Shown one piece after another: positions 45,638 through 55,742 of a stretch of DNA of 64,000 nucleotides (positions are counted from its first letter, which is position 1; each line of letters begins with the position of its first letter). Source of the DNA: Nitrospira defluvii (GTDB lineage Bacteria > Nitrospirota > Nitrospiria > Nitrospirales > Nitrospiraceae). The DNA is taken from positions 33,218 through 97,217 of the forward strand of contig WYAX01000022.1 in NCBI GenBank assembly GCA_011525625.1, given 5' to 3'. The notes beneath the pieces were generated by a model. That model saw only the letters and a list, made by a program, of their open reading frames with translations. It was not told the DNA's origin and did no database searches. The position numbers and the translations under genes were made by a program.

Positions 45638-46013
45638 CATGTCTCGGTCACACTGGAAAGGATCCATCAGCGTCGGTCTGGTCGAGATTCCGGTCGATCG
45701 CTATCCAGCGGAGAACCGGAATCGTTTCGACTTGACCCTGTTGGATCGACGCGACCTGAAGCCGATGTGGTTCAAGCGGTACCACAAGGTCAGCGGGAAG
45801 GACATCCCCTGAGATCGGATCTTTCGGGACGTGCATCCAGCCGGGTCGCACCGAGGTGGTCGCGATGACTCGCGATGAGGAGCTCATCGCCAGGTCGAGC
45901 ATGGGCAAGGTGTTGGATCTGATGGCGCTTCTCAGGAACAGTGTGCAGCGCACCGGGAAGCACAAACGAGTCTCCGCTTCCCGGCAACGGCAGGTCGGGC
46001 GCAAAGGCGTGTA
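45638..46013 (+). pseudogene. ku: Ku (NHEJ) relic: N-terminus and C-terminal tail only
   Basis: HWKGSISVGLVEIPV...LLDRRDLKPMWFKR..VSGKDIP*, then in another frame GKVLDLMALLRNSV plus a basic tail; central part absent. Confidence 0.8.
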
Positions 46014-46059
46014 ACCGGTGAGGGTGGACACCCTCCCGACAGGTGAACGGAGAGGGGAC

Positions 46060-47961
46060 ATGGGGGAGGAAGAAGGACGTGCGGGAACTCCCGCGGTGAA
46101 ACCGTGGCAAGGGATGACCCTCGGGGCTACCGTGGCGGGTGACGCTGTGCGGTTTCGCTGCTGGGCTCCTGAGCGGACACAGGTAGAGGTCCTGCTTGAC
46201 GGCGGTCGCACCGCGCACCCGATGCGGCGCGAGGACGATGGATATTGGTCGACTGAGGTCCGCGGGGTGAAGGCAGGTATGACCTACCGGTATCGTCTCG
46301 ACAGCGGCAAAGCCTATCCCGATCCCTGTTCGCGATTCCAGCCATCCGGCCCCCATGGGCCGTCTCTGATCGTCGACTCCGCCGCCTATCGATGGCAGGA
46401 CGAGGGCTGGTTCGGGGTGAAGATGCGGGGGCAGGCGATCTACGAACTCCACGTGGGTACCTTTACCCAGGAAGGTACCCTGGATGCGGCCTCCACACAG
46501 CTCGCCGCCTTGAAAGACCTCGGCATCACGGTCATTGAGATCATGCCCGTCGCTGAATTTCCCGGCCGTTGGAACTGGGGTTACGACGGAGTCGATCTCT
46601 TTGCGCCGGCCCATGTGTACGGTGATCCGGAAGCGCTCAAACGGTTCGTGGATGCGGCGCACCGGCTGAGGCTGGGCGTCATCCTGGACGTGGTCTACAA
46701 CCATCTTGGCCCCGACGGGAATTACCTGCCGGCCTATACCCAGCACTATTTCACCGATCGCTATCCGAATGCATGGGGCCAGGCCATCAACTTCGACGGG
46801 CCGGAATCGTCCGGTGTGCGCGACTTTTTCATTCAGAATGCCTGCTATTGGGTGGATGAATTTCATCTCGACGGGTTACGGCTCGATGCGGTTCACGCGC
46901 TGCACGATGAGGGCCCACGGCATGTGCTGGCGGAATTGTCGCAGGCCGCTAGGCAGGCGGCCGGAGCGAGATCGATCATTGTGATTGCGGAGTGTGAGGC
47001 GCAATGGATCCAGGCGATTCAGCCGATCGACCAGGGCGGGTGGGGGTTGGACGGGGTATGGAGCGAAGACTTTCACCATGCGGCGCTGGTGGCGGCAACC
47101 GGTCGCCGTGAAGGCTATTACACAGACTTCCGGGGTACGCCGCAGGAATTGTTGTCGTGCATGAAACGGTCGTTTCTGTTTCAGGGACAGCGGTGTCAGT
47201 GGCAGGGGAACGCTCGAGGGACCGTGGTCGAAGACGAACCGGCGGCCGGGTTTGTGTTTTTTCTCCAGAATCACGATCAGGTCGCCAATCAGCTGCACGG
47301 CGACCGACTGCACGAGAAGACCAGCCCGGGCCTGCTCCGCGTGCTCACGGCTCTGCTGCTCCTGTCTCCCCAGACGCCGCTGCTCTTCATGGGGCAGGAG
47401 TTCGCCGCCTCTTCGCCGTTTCTGTTCTTCGCCGATTTCCCGCCCGGTGAGTTGGCGCAGGCCATACATCGAGGCAGGAGGGAGTTCTTAGCGCAGTTTC
47501 TCAGCTCGGCGTCTGTCGAGGCACAGGCCGCTATTCCGGACCCCTGCAATCCGACCCTGTTCAAGCGATCGCAACTGGATCTCGCCGAGCGGGACCGCCA
47601 CCGGACCTCGTACGCGCTGCATCGCGATCTCCTCCGGCTGCGGCGTGACGATCCGGTGATTGCGCAACAGGACCGCCGTTGCCTCGATGGAGCCGTCATC
47701 GGATCTGACGCCTTTGTCGTGCGCTATCCCGGACCGGGGGGTGATGACCGGCTCCTCCTCTTCAACCTCGGACCCGACTACGAGTACCGGCCTGCGCCCG
47801 AGCCGCTACTGGTTCCGCCGGTCCGGCGGAAATGGTCGTTACGCTGGTCCAGCGATGACCCCCGCTATGGAGGCCCCGGTGTCATCGACCCGTTGAGCGC
47901 CGAGGGGTGGCGCCTCCCGGCCGAATCGGCCGTGCTGTACCGCACCGAACCGGAAAGGTAA
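46060..47961 (+). CDS. treZ: Malto-oligosyltrehalose trehalohydrolase
   Basis: FRCWAP, PDPCSRFQPSGPHGPS, IYELHVGTFT, NWGYDGV, DVVYNHLGP, GLRLDAVH, LQNHDQVAN, FMGQE. Confidence 0.93.
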   Translation: MGEEEGRAGTPAVKPWQGMTLGATVAGDAVRFRCWAPERTQVEVLLDGGRTAHPMRREDDGYWSTEVRGVKAGMTYRYRLDSGKAYPDPCSRFQPSGPHGPSLIVDSAAYRWQDEGWFGVKMRGQAIYELHVGTFTQEGTLDAASTQLAALKDLGITVIEIMPVAEFPGRWNWGYDGVDLFAPAHVYGDPEALKRFVDAAHRLRLGVILDVVYNHLGPDGNYLPAYTQHYFTDRYPNAWGQAINFDGPESSGVRDFFIQNACYWVDEFHLDGLRLDAVHALHDEGPRHVLAELSQAARQAAGARSIIVIAECEAQWIQAIQPIDQGGWGLDGVWSEDFHHAALVAATGRREGYYTDFRGTPQELLSCMKRSFLFQGQRCQWQGNARGTVVEDEPAAGFVFFLQNHDQVANQLHGDRLHEKTSPGLLRVLTALLLLSPQTPLLFMGQEFAASSPFLFFADFPPGELAQAIHRGRREFLAQFLSSASVEAQAAIPDPCNPTLFKRSQLDLAERDRHRTSYALHRDLLRLRRDDPVIAQQDRRCLDGAVIGSDAFVVRYPGPGGDDRLLLFNLGPDYEYRPAPEPLLVPPVRRKWSLRWSSDDPRYGGPGVIDPLSAEGWRLPAESAVLYRTEPER

Positions 47962-47966
47962 TCCCT

Positions 47967-50017
47967 GTGGCTGTGCCTCTTGCTCATCGGATCGTCACCG
48001 TCTCTCTCCCGTGCGATCGTACGCAGGACGAGGAGAGCCTGCTCGCGCGGGAATGGCTGGTCACGAACGGACTCGGCGGATATGCATCGTCCACGCTGCT
48101 CTGCGCGCCGACCAGGCGCTACCATGGCCTGTTTGTCCCTGACCTGCCTTCGCCCTGGGGCCGGACGGTGCTGATCCCGCGGCTGGAGGAGGTGGTGCGC
48201 GCAGACGCCTTCACCGTCGACCTCAGCGGAGTGGAGTTCGAGGATGGACGTGTGGACGGCGAGCTGCCCGCGGTGCTTCAGGAATTCGTACGCCATGGAC
48301 TGACTCCTGTCTGGCGTTCTCGTGTTGCGGTCGCCGGCTGGAGAAACGCGTGTTGATGCCCTATGGACACAACTCGCTCTACGTGGAGTATCGTTTGCTC
48401 GAAGGGGACCCGGTTCAGATTCAGGTGCGCCCGTTCGTGACCTTTCGTATGCTGGACGCCCCTCTTCACGAGGCGAAGCAACCGCCTTTCCCGCTGACCG
48501 CGGTGGAAGGACGGTACGACATGCAACTGTGTGACGGCGCTCCGCCGCTGAAAGTGTATCTGCGGCGGTCCTGCGGTCTGTTTGTTGCAGATGCACGTCT
48601 CAGCCACGGGATCTGTTATCGCCTCGATCGAGACCGCGGTGCTGAGCATCTGGAGAACCTGTCCAGTCCCGGCTACTTCCAGGCTGATGTGACGAGAGAG
48701 CAATCTGTCGCGTGTGTCGCCAGTACGGAAGCGTGGGAACAGCTGGAGTGTCGTCCGGAAGCCCTCTTCGAGGCGGAATCTCACCGGATCGTTAAATTGT
48801 TACACCCGGTCCGCGCTGGAGGGGCTGATGAGACCGTAGAGCGGCTGGTTCTGGCGGCGGACCCATTCATTGTCGTTCCCGGGTCGCGGGTGGAGGAGCA
48901 GGCGCTCGCCCGGGCCTCCGGCGAGGAAGCCCGCACCGTCATCGCGGGCTACCATTGGTTTACCGACTGGGGGCGCGACACGATAATCAGCTTGGAAGGG
49001 CTCACCCTTTGCACGGGGCGGCACCAGGAGGCGCGGTCTGTCCTGAAGACCTTTGCCGGCTACGTACAAGAGGGGTTGCTGCCGAATCTTTTTCCAGAGG
49101 GAGAGCAGGACGGCCTCTACCATACGGCGGATGCGACCCTGTGGTACTTCCACGCACTCGATCGGTACTATCGCGCGACAGCCGATCGAGACCTGTTGAT
49201 TGAGTTGCAGCCGGTTCTGCGGTCCATTCTCGACCGTCATGTGCGAGGAACCAGGTTCGGGATCGGCGTGGACCGGCGTGACGGATTGCTCCGCGCTGCG
49301 GCAGACGGGTACCAACTCACGTGGATGGATGCGAAGGTCGAGGGGTGGGTCGTGACGCCTCGCCGCGGCAAACCTGTCGAAATCCAAGCCCTCTGGTACA
49401 ACGCACTCCGAGGCATGGTCGAGTGGGGGAGCCTTACCGGTCGGCCGGAGTCCGCGTGGGCTCAACTGGCGGAGCAGGCACGGGAATCATTCAACCGGCG
49501 ATGTTGGTACGAGGCGGGCGGCTACCTGTACGACGTGGTCGACGGCGAGCAGGGCGACGATCGGGCGTTTCGGCCCAATCAACTCCTGTCCGTGTCGCTG
49601 CCGCATCCGGTGTTGAATGAAAGGCGATGGCAGGGCGTCGTGGAGCAGGTGGCCGAGAAACTCCTGACGCCGGTGGGCTTGCGGAGCCTCTCGCGGGAGC
49701 ACCCCCGGTACAAATCGAAATACGTCTGCGATCGTCGCGCGCGGGATGCCGCCTACCATCAAGGAACGGTCTGGGCCTGGTTGATCGGGCCGTTCATCGA
49801 TGCCTGGATGAAGGTGTCGCCCGATCCTTCCAAGGCACGCTCGTTGTTGGAAGGATTTCAGCGGCATCTCTCGGAGGCCGGGATCGGCACGATCAGTGAA
49901 ATTTTCGATGCCGAGCCCCCGTACCATCCGCGAGGTTGCATCGCTCAGGCGTGGAGTGTGGCGGAGGTGTTACGGGTGTGGCAGAAGACTCGCGGGACGT
50001 CGGCCCGATCTGCCTGA
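47967..50017 (+). pseudogene. Amylo-alpha-1,6-glucosidase (glycogen debranching) split by a frameshift near 48327
   Basis: EWLVTNGLGGYAS..TRRYHGL in frame 1; ..LEKRVLMPYG, AGYHWFTDWGRDT, LTWMDAK, GKPVEIQALWYNAL, YHQGTVW, AQAWSVAE in frame 2. Confidence 0.75.
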
Positions 50018-50020
50018 CGA

Positions 50021-50660
50021 GATGGCGGTGGCACGGTGCTGCGCTGGGACCGTGGCCATTGGACTCCGCTCGAAGATCCACACGAGGGCCTCACAGGTGG
50101 GCGCCCGACGTTCACGCTTCGTGGCTCCGCAACCGGCCGCGCTCGTGGAGCACGCGCCCGAGGAGGGCGAGTGGGTTCATGAACCATCGGTCGACGCCTA
50201 TCGAATGCTCCACCGCATCCGCGACGGTACGGTCACCCTGTGGACGGGAAACGGTCACGAGTGGACCGCCACACGGCAGTCGTTGACCGACGCGCGTGCG
50301 GGCCTCCCGGCTGAACGCACCTGGCTGGATGGGGCAAGGGTTGCCGATTCGCTGCCGCCCCTGATCGGGCTGGTGGCACCTTGGGAGTTGGAACTCCACA
50401 CATGAGGGCGCCGCACGGTCGGCTGGATCGCCTCGATTGCCTGGTGTTCGATCTCGATCCCGCGCCGGATGTGCTCTGAAACCCGGTCGTGTGGGAGGCA
50501 TTCTCTCCGCAGCTCCGTTTCGATCAGGTGGTCCTCTCGAAACTCCTGCACCGCGTGCAGCAGCTCGCCAAGGATCCCCGGCAGGGTTACCTGTCCGGCC
50601 GGCTGACGATCACTCGCTTCATGCTGGATCGATACAAGCGATCACCGTGGGCTCTCTCCC
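50021..50660 (+). pseudogene. ligD: LigD relic containing PE, ligase and polymerase fragments
   Basis: GGGTVLRWDRGHWTPLEDPHEGL (PE); FVAPQPAALVEHAPEEGEWVHEPSVDAYR..TGNGHEWT (ligase; catalytic Lys absent); LIGLV..LELHT*, LVFDLDP..*, LRFDQ..DPRQGY (POL). Confidence 0.8.
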
Positions 50661-50682
50661 CTAGGGTGCATTGTGCGGGCAC

Positions 50683-50698
50683 CTGGGGACTGCGCTAG
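50683..50698 (+). promoter_or_regulatory. CTAG-N8-CTAG box (CTGGggactgcgCTAG)
   Basis: TATCAG (50722..50727) 23 nt downstream, facing the zinc-ribbon gene. Confidence 0.7.
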
Positions 50699-50779
50699 TA
50701 TTCCCGTCCGTGAGGCCCTGGTATCAGTGAGCATGACCGGTTGAACTGATTCAGCCGGACAATCTGAAGGGAGCCTGTC

Positions 50780-51058
50780 ATGCATGCCACGATGACCAGC
50801 GTTGCAGGGACCACCACCGGAAGCCGGACCCACCAACCGATGAACTGCACCCGTTGCGGCGGATGGATGGTCCAGGAGCGTTGCATGGATGTCGGCGAAA
50901 GCCTGGGGGGCTATTGGTTCTGGGGACAGCGGTGCATTCAATGTGGTGACATTGTCGATGAGGTCATCTTGCGGAACCGTCGTCTGCCTGCCCCGCCACC
51001 GGTGGCGGTAGAGGACGAAGAGCTGGAAGACCGAACGAAGATCGTTCAAGCCGCATGA
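50780..51058 (+). CDS. Small zinc-ribbon protein (CxxC...CxxCGDIVD)
   Basis: MNCTRCGGWM...RCIQCGDIVDEVILRNR; AAGGGAG RBS; paralog of 271..492. Confidence 0.75.
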   Translation: MHATMTSVAGTTTGSRTHQPMNCTRCGGWMVQERCMDVGESLGGYWFWGQRCIQCGDIVDEVILRNRRLPAPPPVAVEDEELEDRTKIVQAA

Positions 51059-51085
51059 TGCTCGCTGCCTCAGCGGGCGGTGATG

Positions 51086-51460
51086 TCAGGGCAGCGGGAA
51101 GGCCATCGTGCTGAAGAGTGCGTTTTCCGCCCGGCGGGAATCCAGGCGGGTATGTTGCACCACGATTGGAATACTCGACTCGATGATACTCGCATAATCC
51201 GTATCGACCGGTATGGGAGCGGGATCCGTGAGGTCGTTGAATCGAAGATGGGTGGTTCTGCGTGCCGGGACCGTGACCCGGTAGGGTCCGACAGGTTCAC
51301 GATCGGCGAAATAGACGGTGATCCGGACAAGGGCTTCCTGCGACGACGTGTTCAGGAGGCACAGGGTCTCATGGCTCGTCATCTGCGGTGCCGGTCCATG
51401 ACTTTCGCGAGGAATATATCCCTCAGCGAGGGCCCATTTCATGCGGCCTACTCCCTCCAT
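51086..51460 (-). CDS. Anabaena sensory rhodopsin transducer (ASRT) family protein
   Basis: WALAEGYIP, SHETLCLLN, VPARRTTHLRFNDL, PIVVQHTRLDSR; AAAGGAG RBS. Confidence 0.8.
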   Translation of the reverse strand: MEGVGRMKWALAEGYIPRESHGPAPQMTSHETLCLLNTSSQEALVRITVYFADREPVGPYRVTVPARRTTHLRFNDLTDPAPIPVDTDYASIIESSIPIVVQHTRLDSRRAENALFSTMAFPLP

Positions 51461-51491
51461 CTGTTCCACTCCTTTCTCCGGCTCGGCCTCA

Positions 51492-53240
51492 TCAGACGAC
51501 TTCACGAATCTTGTTGAGCATCAGACTTTTCATTAAATCCCATCGGTCTTCCTGGCCTCGGGCGACCGCCTTCGCAAATTGCCAGGCTTGCTCCATCGTA
51601 ATCTTGCCGGGCAGAGGCGCCTCCATGGGATCGACCACGGCCTCCACCACCACCGGACCTGGATGAGCAAACGCCTGTCGGTAGACGTCTTGCAAGTCGG
51701 CGGGATTCTCCACGCTGAACCCGCTCGCTCCGCAGGATCGGGCGCAGGCGGCGAAATCGATGGGCTGCAGCTCCACCCCGTATTGCGGATTGCCTTCGAA
51801 TGCGAGTTGTTCCCACTTGATCATCCCGAGCAGATTGTTTTTCAGAACGATGATCTTGACGGGAAGGGCATATTTGACAAGCGTCGCCAGTTCACTCATC
51901 AACATGGAGAATCCGCCGTCGCCGGCGATGCAGACGATCTGCCGTCCCGGATACGCGATAGCTGCGCCGAGACTGTAGGGCAGTCCGTTGGCCATGGTCG
52001 CTAGGGTGCCGGAGGCGGAAAACTGCATGGTCCCTTTCATGGCGATGTGGCGCGCCACCCATGTCGTGACCGTACCGGTGTCGCAGCAGATGATCGCATC
52101 GTCCGCCAGGAATGCATTCAGGGCCCGCACCGCCACCTGAGGCTTCATGGGCACGTCGGTTCTGGTGCCTCGGGCCTCGAGTAATGCATTCCAGTCGGCC
52201 ATGCGGCTCTGCATATGCTGAAGGAACGTTCTATCGGTCTTGTGCCGGATCAGTGGGAGGAGCGCGCGAAGGACGTCCCAGCACTGGCCCACCAACCCGA
52301 CCTCAACCGGATACCGCAAGCCGATCCGGCTTGCGTCCAGATCGATCTGGACGGCCCGGGCCTGGCCGGGCTGTGGGTAGAACTCCATATACGGAAAACT
52401 GCTGCCGGCGATGATCAAGGTATCGCAGGTGTCCAACGCTTCTTGGGACGGCGCGGTCCCGAGCAGACCGATACCTCCCGTGGTCAGAGGATGGTCGTCC
52501 GGCACGACACCTTTTCCCAGCAGCGGTTTGACGATCGGCGCCGCCAGTGTGTCGGCCAGCCGGATGATCTCGTCCCTGGCGCCCAAACAGCCGCGTCCGG
52601 CGAGGATGGCGATCTTCGTTCCGTTGTTCAGTATGGCAGCCGCCTTCTCCAGCAGCGCGCGCGAGGGGAGCGGCAGCGGGTCGCTATAGAGGTCGCCGCT
52701 GTGGCCGGGAACATTGGCTTTGGAGCCTTGTCCGTCCGCGGACCAGTCTTGCACATCTTTCGGGATAGTCAGATGGGCGACCGTGCGACGAGAAATGGCC
52801 GTCTTGATGGCTTCATCCACGACGTTGCCGACATGGGCCGGCCCCATGACTCGTTCACTGTAGGCGGCTACGTCGCTGAACAGTTTGTCGAGGTTGACGT
52901 CCTGCTGATAATGCGTCCCGATAAGATCGTGGAACGTGTGACCTGTGATGGCCAGAACCGGCTGGCCGTCGCATTTGGCGTCGTACAGTCCGTTCAGGAG
53001 ATGGATGCCGCCCGGTCCGGAGGTGGCCAGGCAGACACCCAACCGTTTGGTGAACTTGGCATAGCCGCAGGCGGCGAGGGCCGCTGACTCTTCGTGCCGC
53101 ACCAGGACCAGCGTGATCCGGTCACGTCGCGTTCGCAGCGCTTCATAGATGCCGTTGATGCCGTCGCCGGGCAGGCTGAAGATCGTGTCGACACCCCAAG
53201 CCAGCAGTCGATCGATTAACAGATCCGCCACAGTCGTCAT
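51492..53240 (-). CDS. ThDP-dependent pyruvate oxidase/dehydrogenase (PoxB-like)
   Basis: VRHEESAA, TSGPGGIHLLNGLYDA, GDGGFSML..N ThDP motif; AGGAGG RBS; ATGA overlap with the upstream gene. Confidence 0.88.
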   Translation of the reverse strand: MTTVADLLIDRLLAWGVDTIFSLPGDGINGIYEALRTRRDRITLVLVRHEESAALAACGYAKFTKRLGVCLATSGPGGIHLLNGLYDAKCDGQPVLAITGHTFHDLIGTHYQQDVNLDKLFSDVAAYSERVMGPAHVGNVVDEAIKTAISRRTVAHLTIPKDVQDWSADGQGSKANVPGHSGDLYSDPLPLPSRALLEKAAAILNNGTKIAILAGRGCLGARDEIIRLADTLAAPIVKPLLGKGVVPDDHPLTTGGIGLLGTAPSQEALDTCDTLIIAGSSFPYMEFYPQPGQARAVQIDLDASRIGLRYPVEVGLVGQCWDVLRALLPLIRHKTDRTFLQHMQSRMADWNALLEARGTRTDVPMKPQVAVRALNAFLADDAIICCDTGTVTTWVARHIAMKGTMQFSASGTLATMANGLPYSLGAAIAYPGRQIVCIAGDGGFSMLMSELATLVKYALPVKIIVLKNNLLGMIKWEQLAFEGNPQYGVELQPIDFAACARSCGASGFSVENPADLQDVYRQAFAHPGPVVVEAVVDPMEAPLPGKITMEQAWQFAKAVARGQEDRWDLMKSLMLNKIREVV

Positions 53241-54439
53241 AGGGCCTCCTTCCGCCTGGTTTCCGGCAGGGTGGGTGTCGCGGCGCGACGGGCTAACTGC
53301 GGCAGGACGAGTTCTTCGCCGAGAATCTTGAGACATGCGGCGATGGGGATGGCCAGCAGCAGCCCGTAAAACCCGCCCAAGGTGCCGCCGATGAACACCA
53401 CGATCAGCACGGTCACGGCACTCATGTCCATCGATTGACTCTGTACCCAGGGGGTCAAGAGCCAACTCTCGATGAATTGGACCAGCAGGTAGGCCAAAGA
53501 CGGCCACACCACGACGGTCATCAGGTCGAACGTCCCGTTCTGAGCGGACAACACGTCCAGATACTTCAGCAGCACGGCCAAGGGCCAGCCGATCAACGAG
53601 GCGTAGGGGATGATGGTCAAAATGCCGGTGACTAGTCCCAAGAGAAACCAGTACCGGATGCCGGTCAGGGCCCAGCCCAGCGAGTAGAGCACGGCTGAGG
53701 CGAGCGCGATGGTCAAGCGACCCCGAAAGAATCCGCTGACGGCCTGGTCCATGCGTGTCACGATGTGGCGCACGCGGGTGCGGTAGGCCAACGGAATATA
53801 GCGCTTCAGCCGCTCAAGGCTGTGGTCGAACCGCCAGGCGAAGAAAAAGAAGTAGATTGGAATCAGGACAAATGCGATGACGACATCGGTGGTCGTGCCG
53901 ATCACCGTCCCCAACACGCCGAATGCCTGGCCCGTGCCGGAGAAGATCGGCCGCAAGATCGACAAGGGGTCTTCGCGCAGACTGGTGGCGATCGTCGACA
54001 GGTGTTCCGAGAAATCGCCGAGCCGCACGTGATAGCGCTGCGCGATGCTTTGGATATAGCCCGGTACACGCTCGGCAAAGGACTGGACCTGTTCCGCCAG
54101 CAACGGACCCAGCCAGGTGATCAGGCCCAAGGTCAGCACCGCCGAGAGGAACAGAATAATCGAGATGCTCACAGGGCGGGGGATATGCCAACGTGCTTCG
54201 GCCCGTCGAATGAGCGGGTTAAACAGATAGGCCAGCAGAAGGGCGATCAACACCGGAGTAAAGACGCCGCGCAGGTAGTAGCCGAACCAGAGGAGGACGA
54301 GCAATCCGCCGCCCCAGAGGAGATCCCGTATCGGCGTGATCTGCCAGAGATGCCGATCAGCCGGGGCGGGCTCGACGCGATGTATCGGTTCGGGTTGCGT
54401 CATGTCTGTGGCTAAGACGGTGGACGAGTCCGGAGTCAT
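53237..54439 (-). CDS. AI-2E family transporter
   Basis: PVLIALLLAYLFNP, IPYA, QFIESWLLTPWVQ, GGTLGGFYGLLLAIPIAA; ATGA-coupled on both sides. Confidence 0.88.
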   Translation of the reverse strand: MTPDSSTVLATDMTQPEPIHRVEPAPADRHLWQITPIRDLLWGGGLLVLLWFGYYLRGVFTPVLIALLLAYLFNPLIRRAEARWHIPRPVSISIILFLSAVLTLGLITWLGPLLAEQVQSFAERVPGYIQSIAQRYHVRLGDFSEHLSTIATSLREDPLSILRPIFSGTGQAFGVLGTVIGTTTDVVIAFVLIPIYFFFFAWRFDHSLERLKRYIPLAYRTRVRHIVTRMDQAVSGFFRGRLTIALASAVLYSLGWALTGIRYWFLLGLVTGILTIIPYASLIGWPLAVLLKYLDVLSAQNGTFDLMTVVVWPSLAYLLVQFIESWLLTPWVQSQSMDMSAVTVLIVVFIGGTLGGFYGLLLAIPIAACLKILGEELVLPQLARRAATPTLPETRRKEAL

Positions 54440-55395
54440 GACGGTGTGCGTTCCTCCATGCGGACCGGCCTCGACGGTGAGGGTGGGACCTGCTGGTTCG
54501 GTCGTTCGCCTCGACGAAGTGCGGCGGCCGCCTGTTCGATTTGCGCATTGATCTCTCCGCCCAGCAGCATCACCATGCCGGTCAGGTAGAGCCACAACAT
54601 GAGGACAATGACGCCGGCGATGGATCCGTAGGCGGCATTGTAATTGCCGAAATGTTCGACATAGGCCTTGAATCCTAACGAGAGGGCCAGCCACAAAGAG
54701 ACGGCGCAAACGGAGCCGGGAGTGACCCAGCGCCAGTCGTGCTCGATGTTCGGACAGGTGTAATAGATGACTGCCAGTGCGAACAACATCAGCAGGATAG
54801 CCACGGGCCATTGCAGAATGTTCCAGCTGAGAAGAAACAGCCACCCTAGCCCGACGATGTTCGCGATCCATTCCCCGATGCGCGCACCGTAGAGTATCAA
54901 CGTAATGGAGAGAATGATGAACCCCGCCAGGCCGATGGTCAGCAGCGAAGCGATCAGCCGCACCTTCCAATACGGCCGGGTTTCCTTGGCTCCATACACG
55001 ACGTTCAGTGCGTCCATAATGGCGGTCACGCCGCTGGACGAGGCCCAGAGGGCGCCCAATAATCCGAGCGACAAAATATCTCCGCCGGTGCCTTGGACCA
55101 CATTGTCCAGATACCGCTCCAGGAGAGACAGGGCGTCGGCGGGCAGGACGGTTTGCAAATACTGCATGAGTTCGGGAAGTGTCTCCTTGACCGGAAAGAG
55201 CCCGATCAAGGCTGTGAGGAACAGCAGCGCCGGGAAGAGGGCTAAGAGAAAATAGTACGCCAGTTGTGCCGCCCGGCCGAAGATGTCGTCGCGCTGACTC
55301 TCTTGCCAGAGGCGAATCCCGAAGGTCTTCCAGCTGAGTCCCCCGAGCTTCCAGGGATTCCAACGCGGTGATGAGCTTGTCAGCGAGGCGGCCAA
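54436..55395 (-). CDS. YihY/virulence factor BrkB family membrane protein
   Basis: DDIFGRAAQLAYYFLLALFP, LWASSSG..ALN, YNAAYGSIAGVIVLMLWLYL..GGEINA; TTG start inferred from a GGAG RBS. Confidence 0.85.
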   Translation of the reverse strand: MAASLTSSSPRWNPWKLGGLSWKTFGIRLWQESQRDDIFGRAAQLAYYFLLALFPALLFLTALIGLFPVKETLPELMQYLQTVLPADALSLLERYLDNVVQGTGGDILSLGLLGALWASSSGVTAIMDALNVVYGAKETRPYWKVRLIASLLTIGLAGFIILSITLILYGARIGEWIANIVGLGWLFLLSWNILQWPVAILLMLFALAVIYYTCPNIEHDWRWVTPGSVCAVSLWLALSLGFKAYVEHFGNYNAAYGSIAGVIVLMLWLYLTGMVMLLGGEINAQIEQAAAALRRGERPNQQVPPSPSRPVRMEERTPS

Positions 55396-55419
55396 TGTCA
55401 GACTCCATATTCGCGAGCA

Positions 55420-55742
55420 TGCGCAAGCGGCCCGTGCTGTGCGTTCGACGCTTCGCCCGAGTCTCGGGGAATGATCGAGATGCTGCCGCTGGTCTCCGGC
55501 ACGGCCTATCGGATGCGATCGAGCCCGGACACGCCTTGTTCCCGAGCGGCACGCACAATGTCCTGCAAGTCCACGCGGGCCCGTCGCATCAACTCCATCG
55601 GCGGCCGGCCCTCTGTGTCTATCGCCGGGCCTACGGATCGACGAATTAGCGCGAAGGCCGACCGGTCGCCCTGATCGACGTGAATGCGGCCCCTGATCGG
55701 GCCTACCGACCTGACCGGCAGAGGCGAGTTGACGATCGTCAT
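55420..55742 (-). pseudogene. DUF421/YetF-like C-terminal relic
   Basis: EGRPPMELMRRARVDLQDIVRAAREQG..DRIR*AVPETSGSISIIP: internal TAG where the family has Y; N-terminal TM part missing. Confidence 0.55.
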
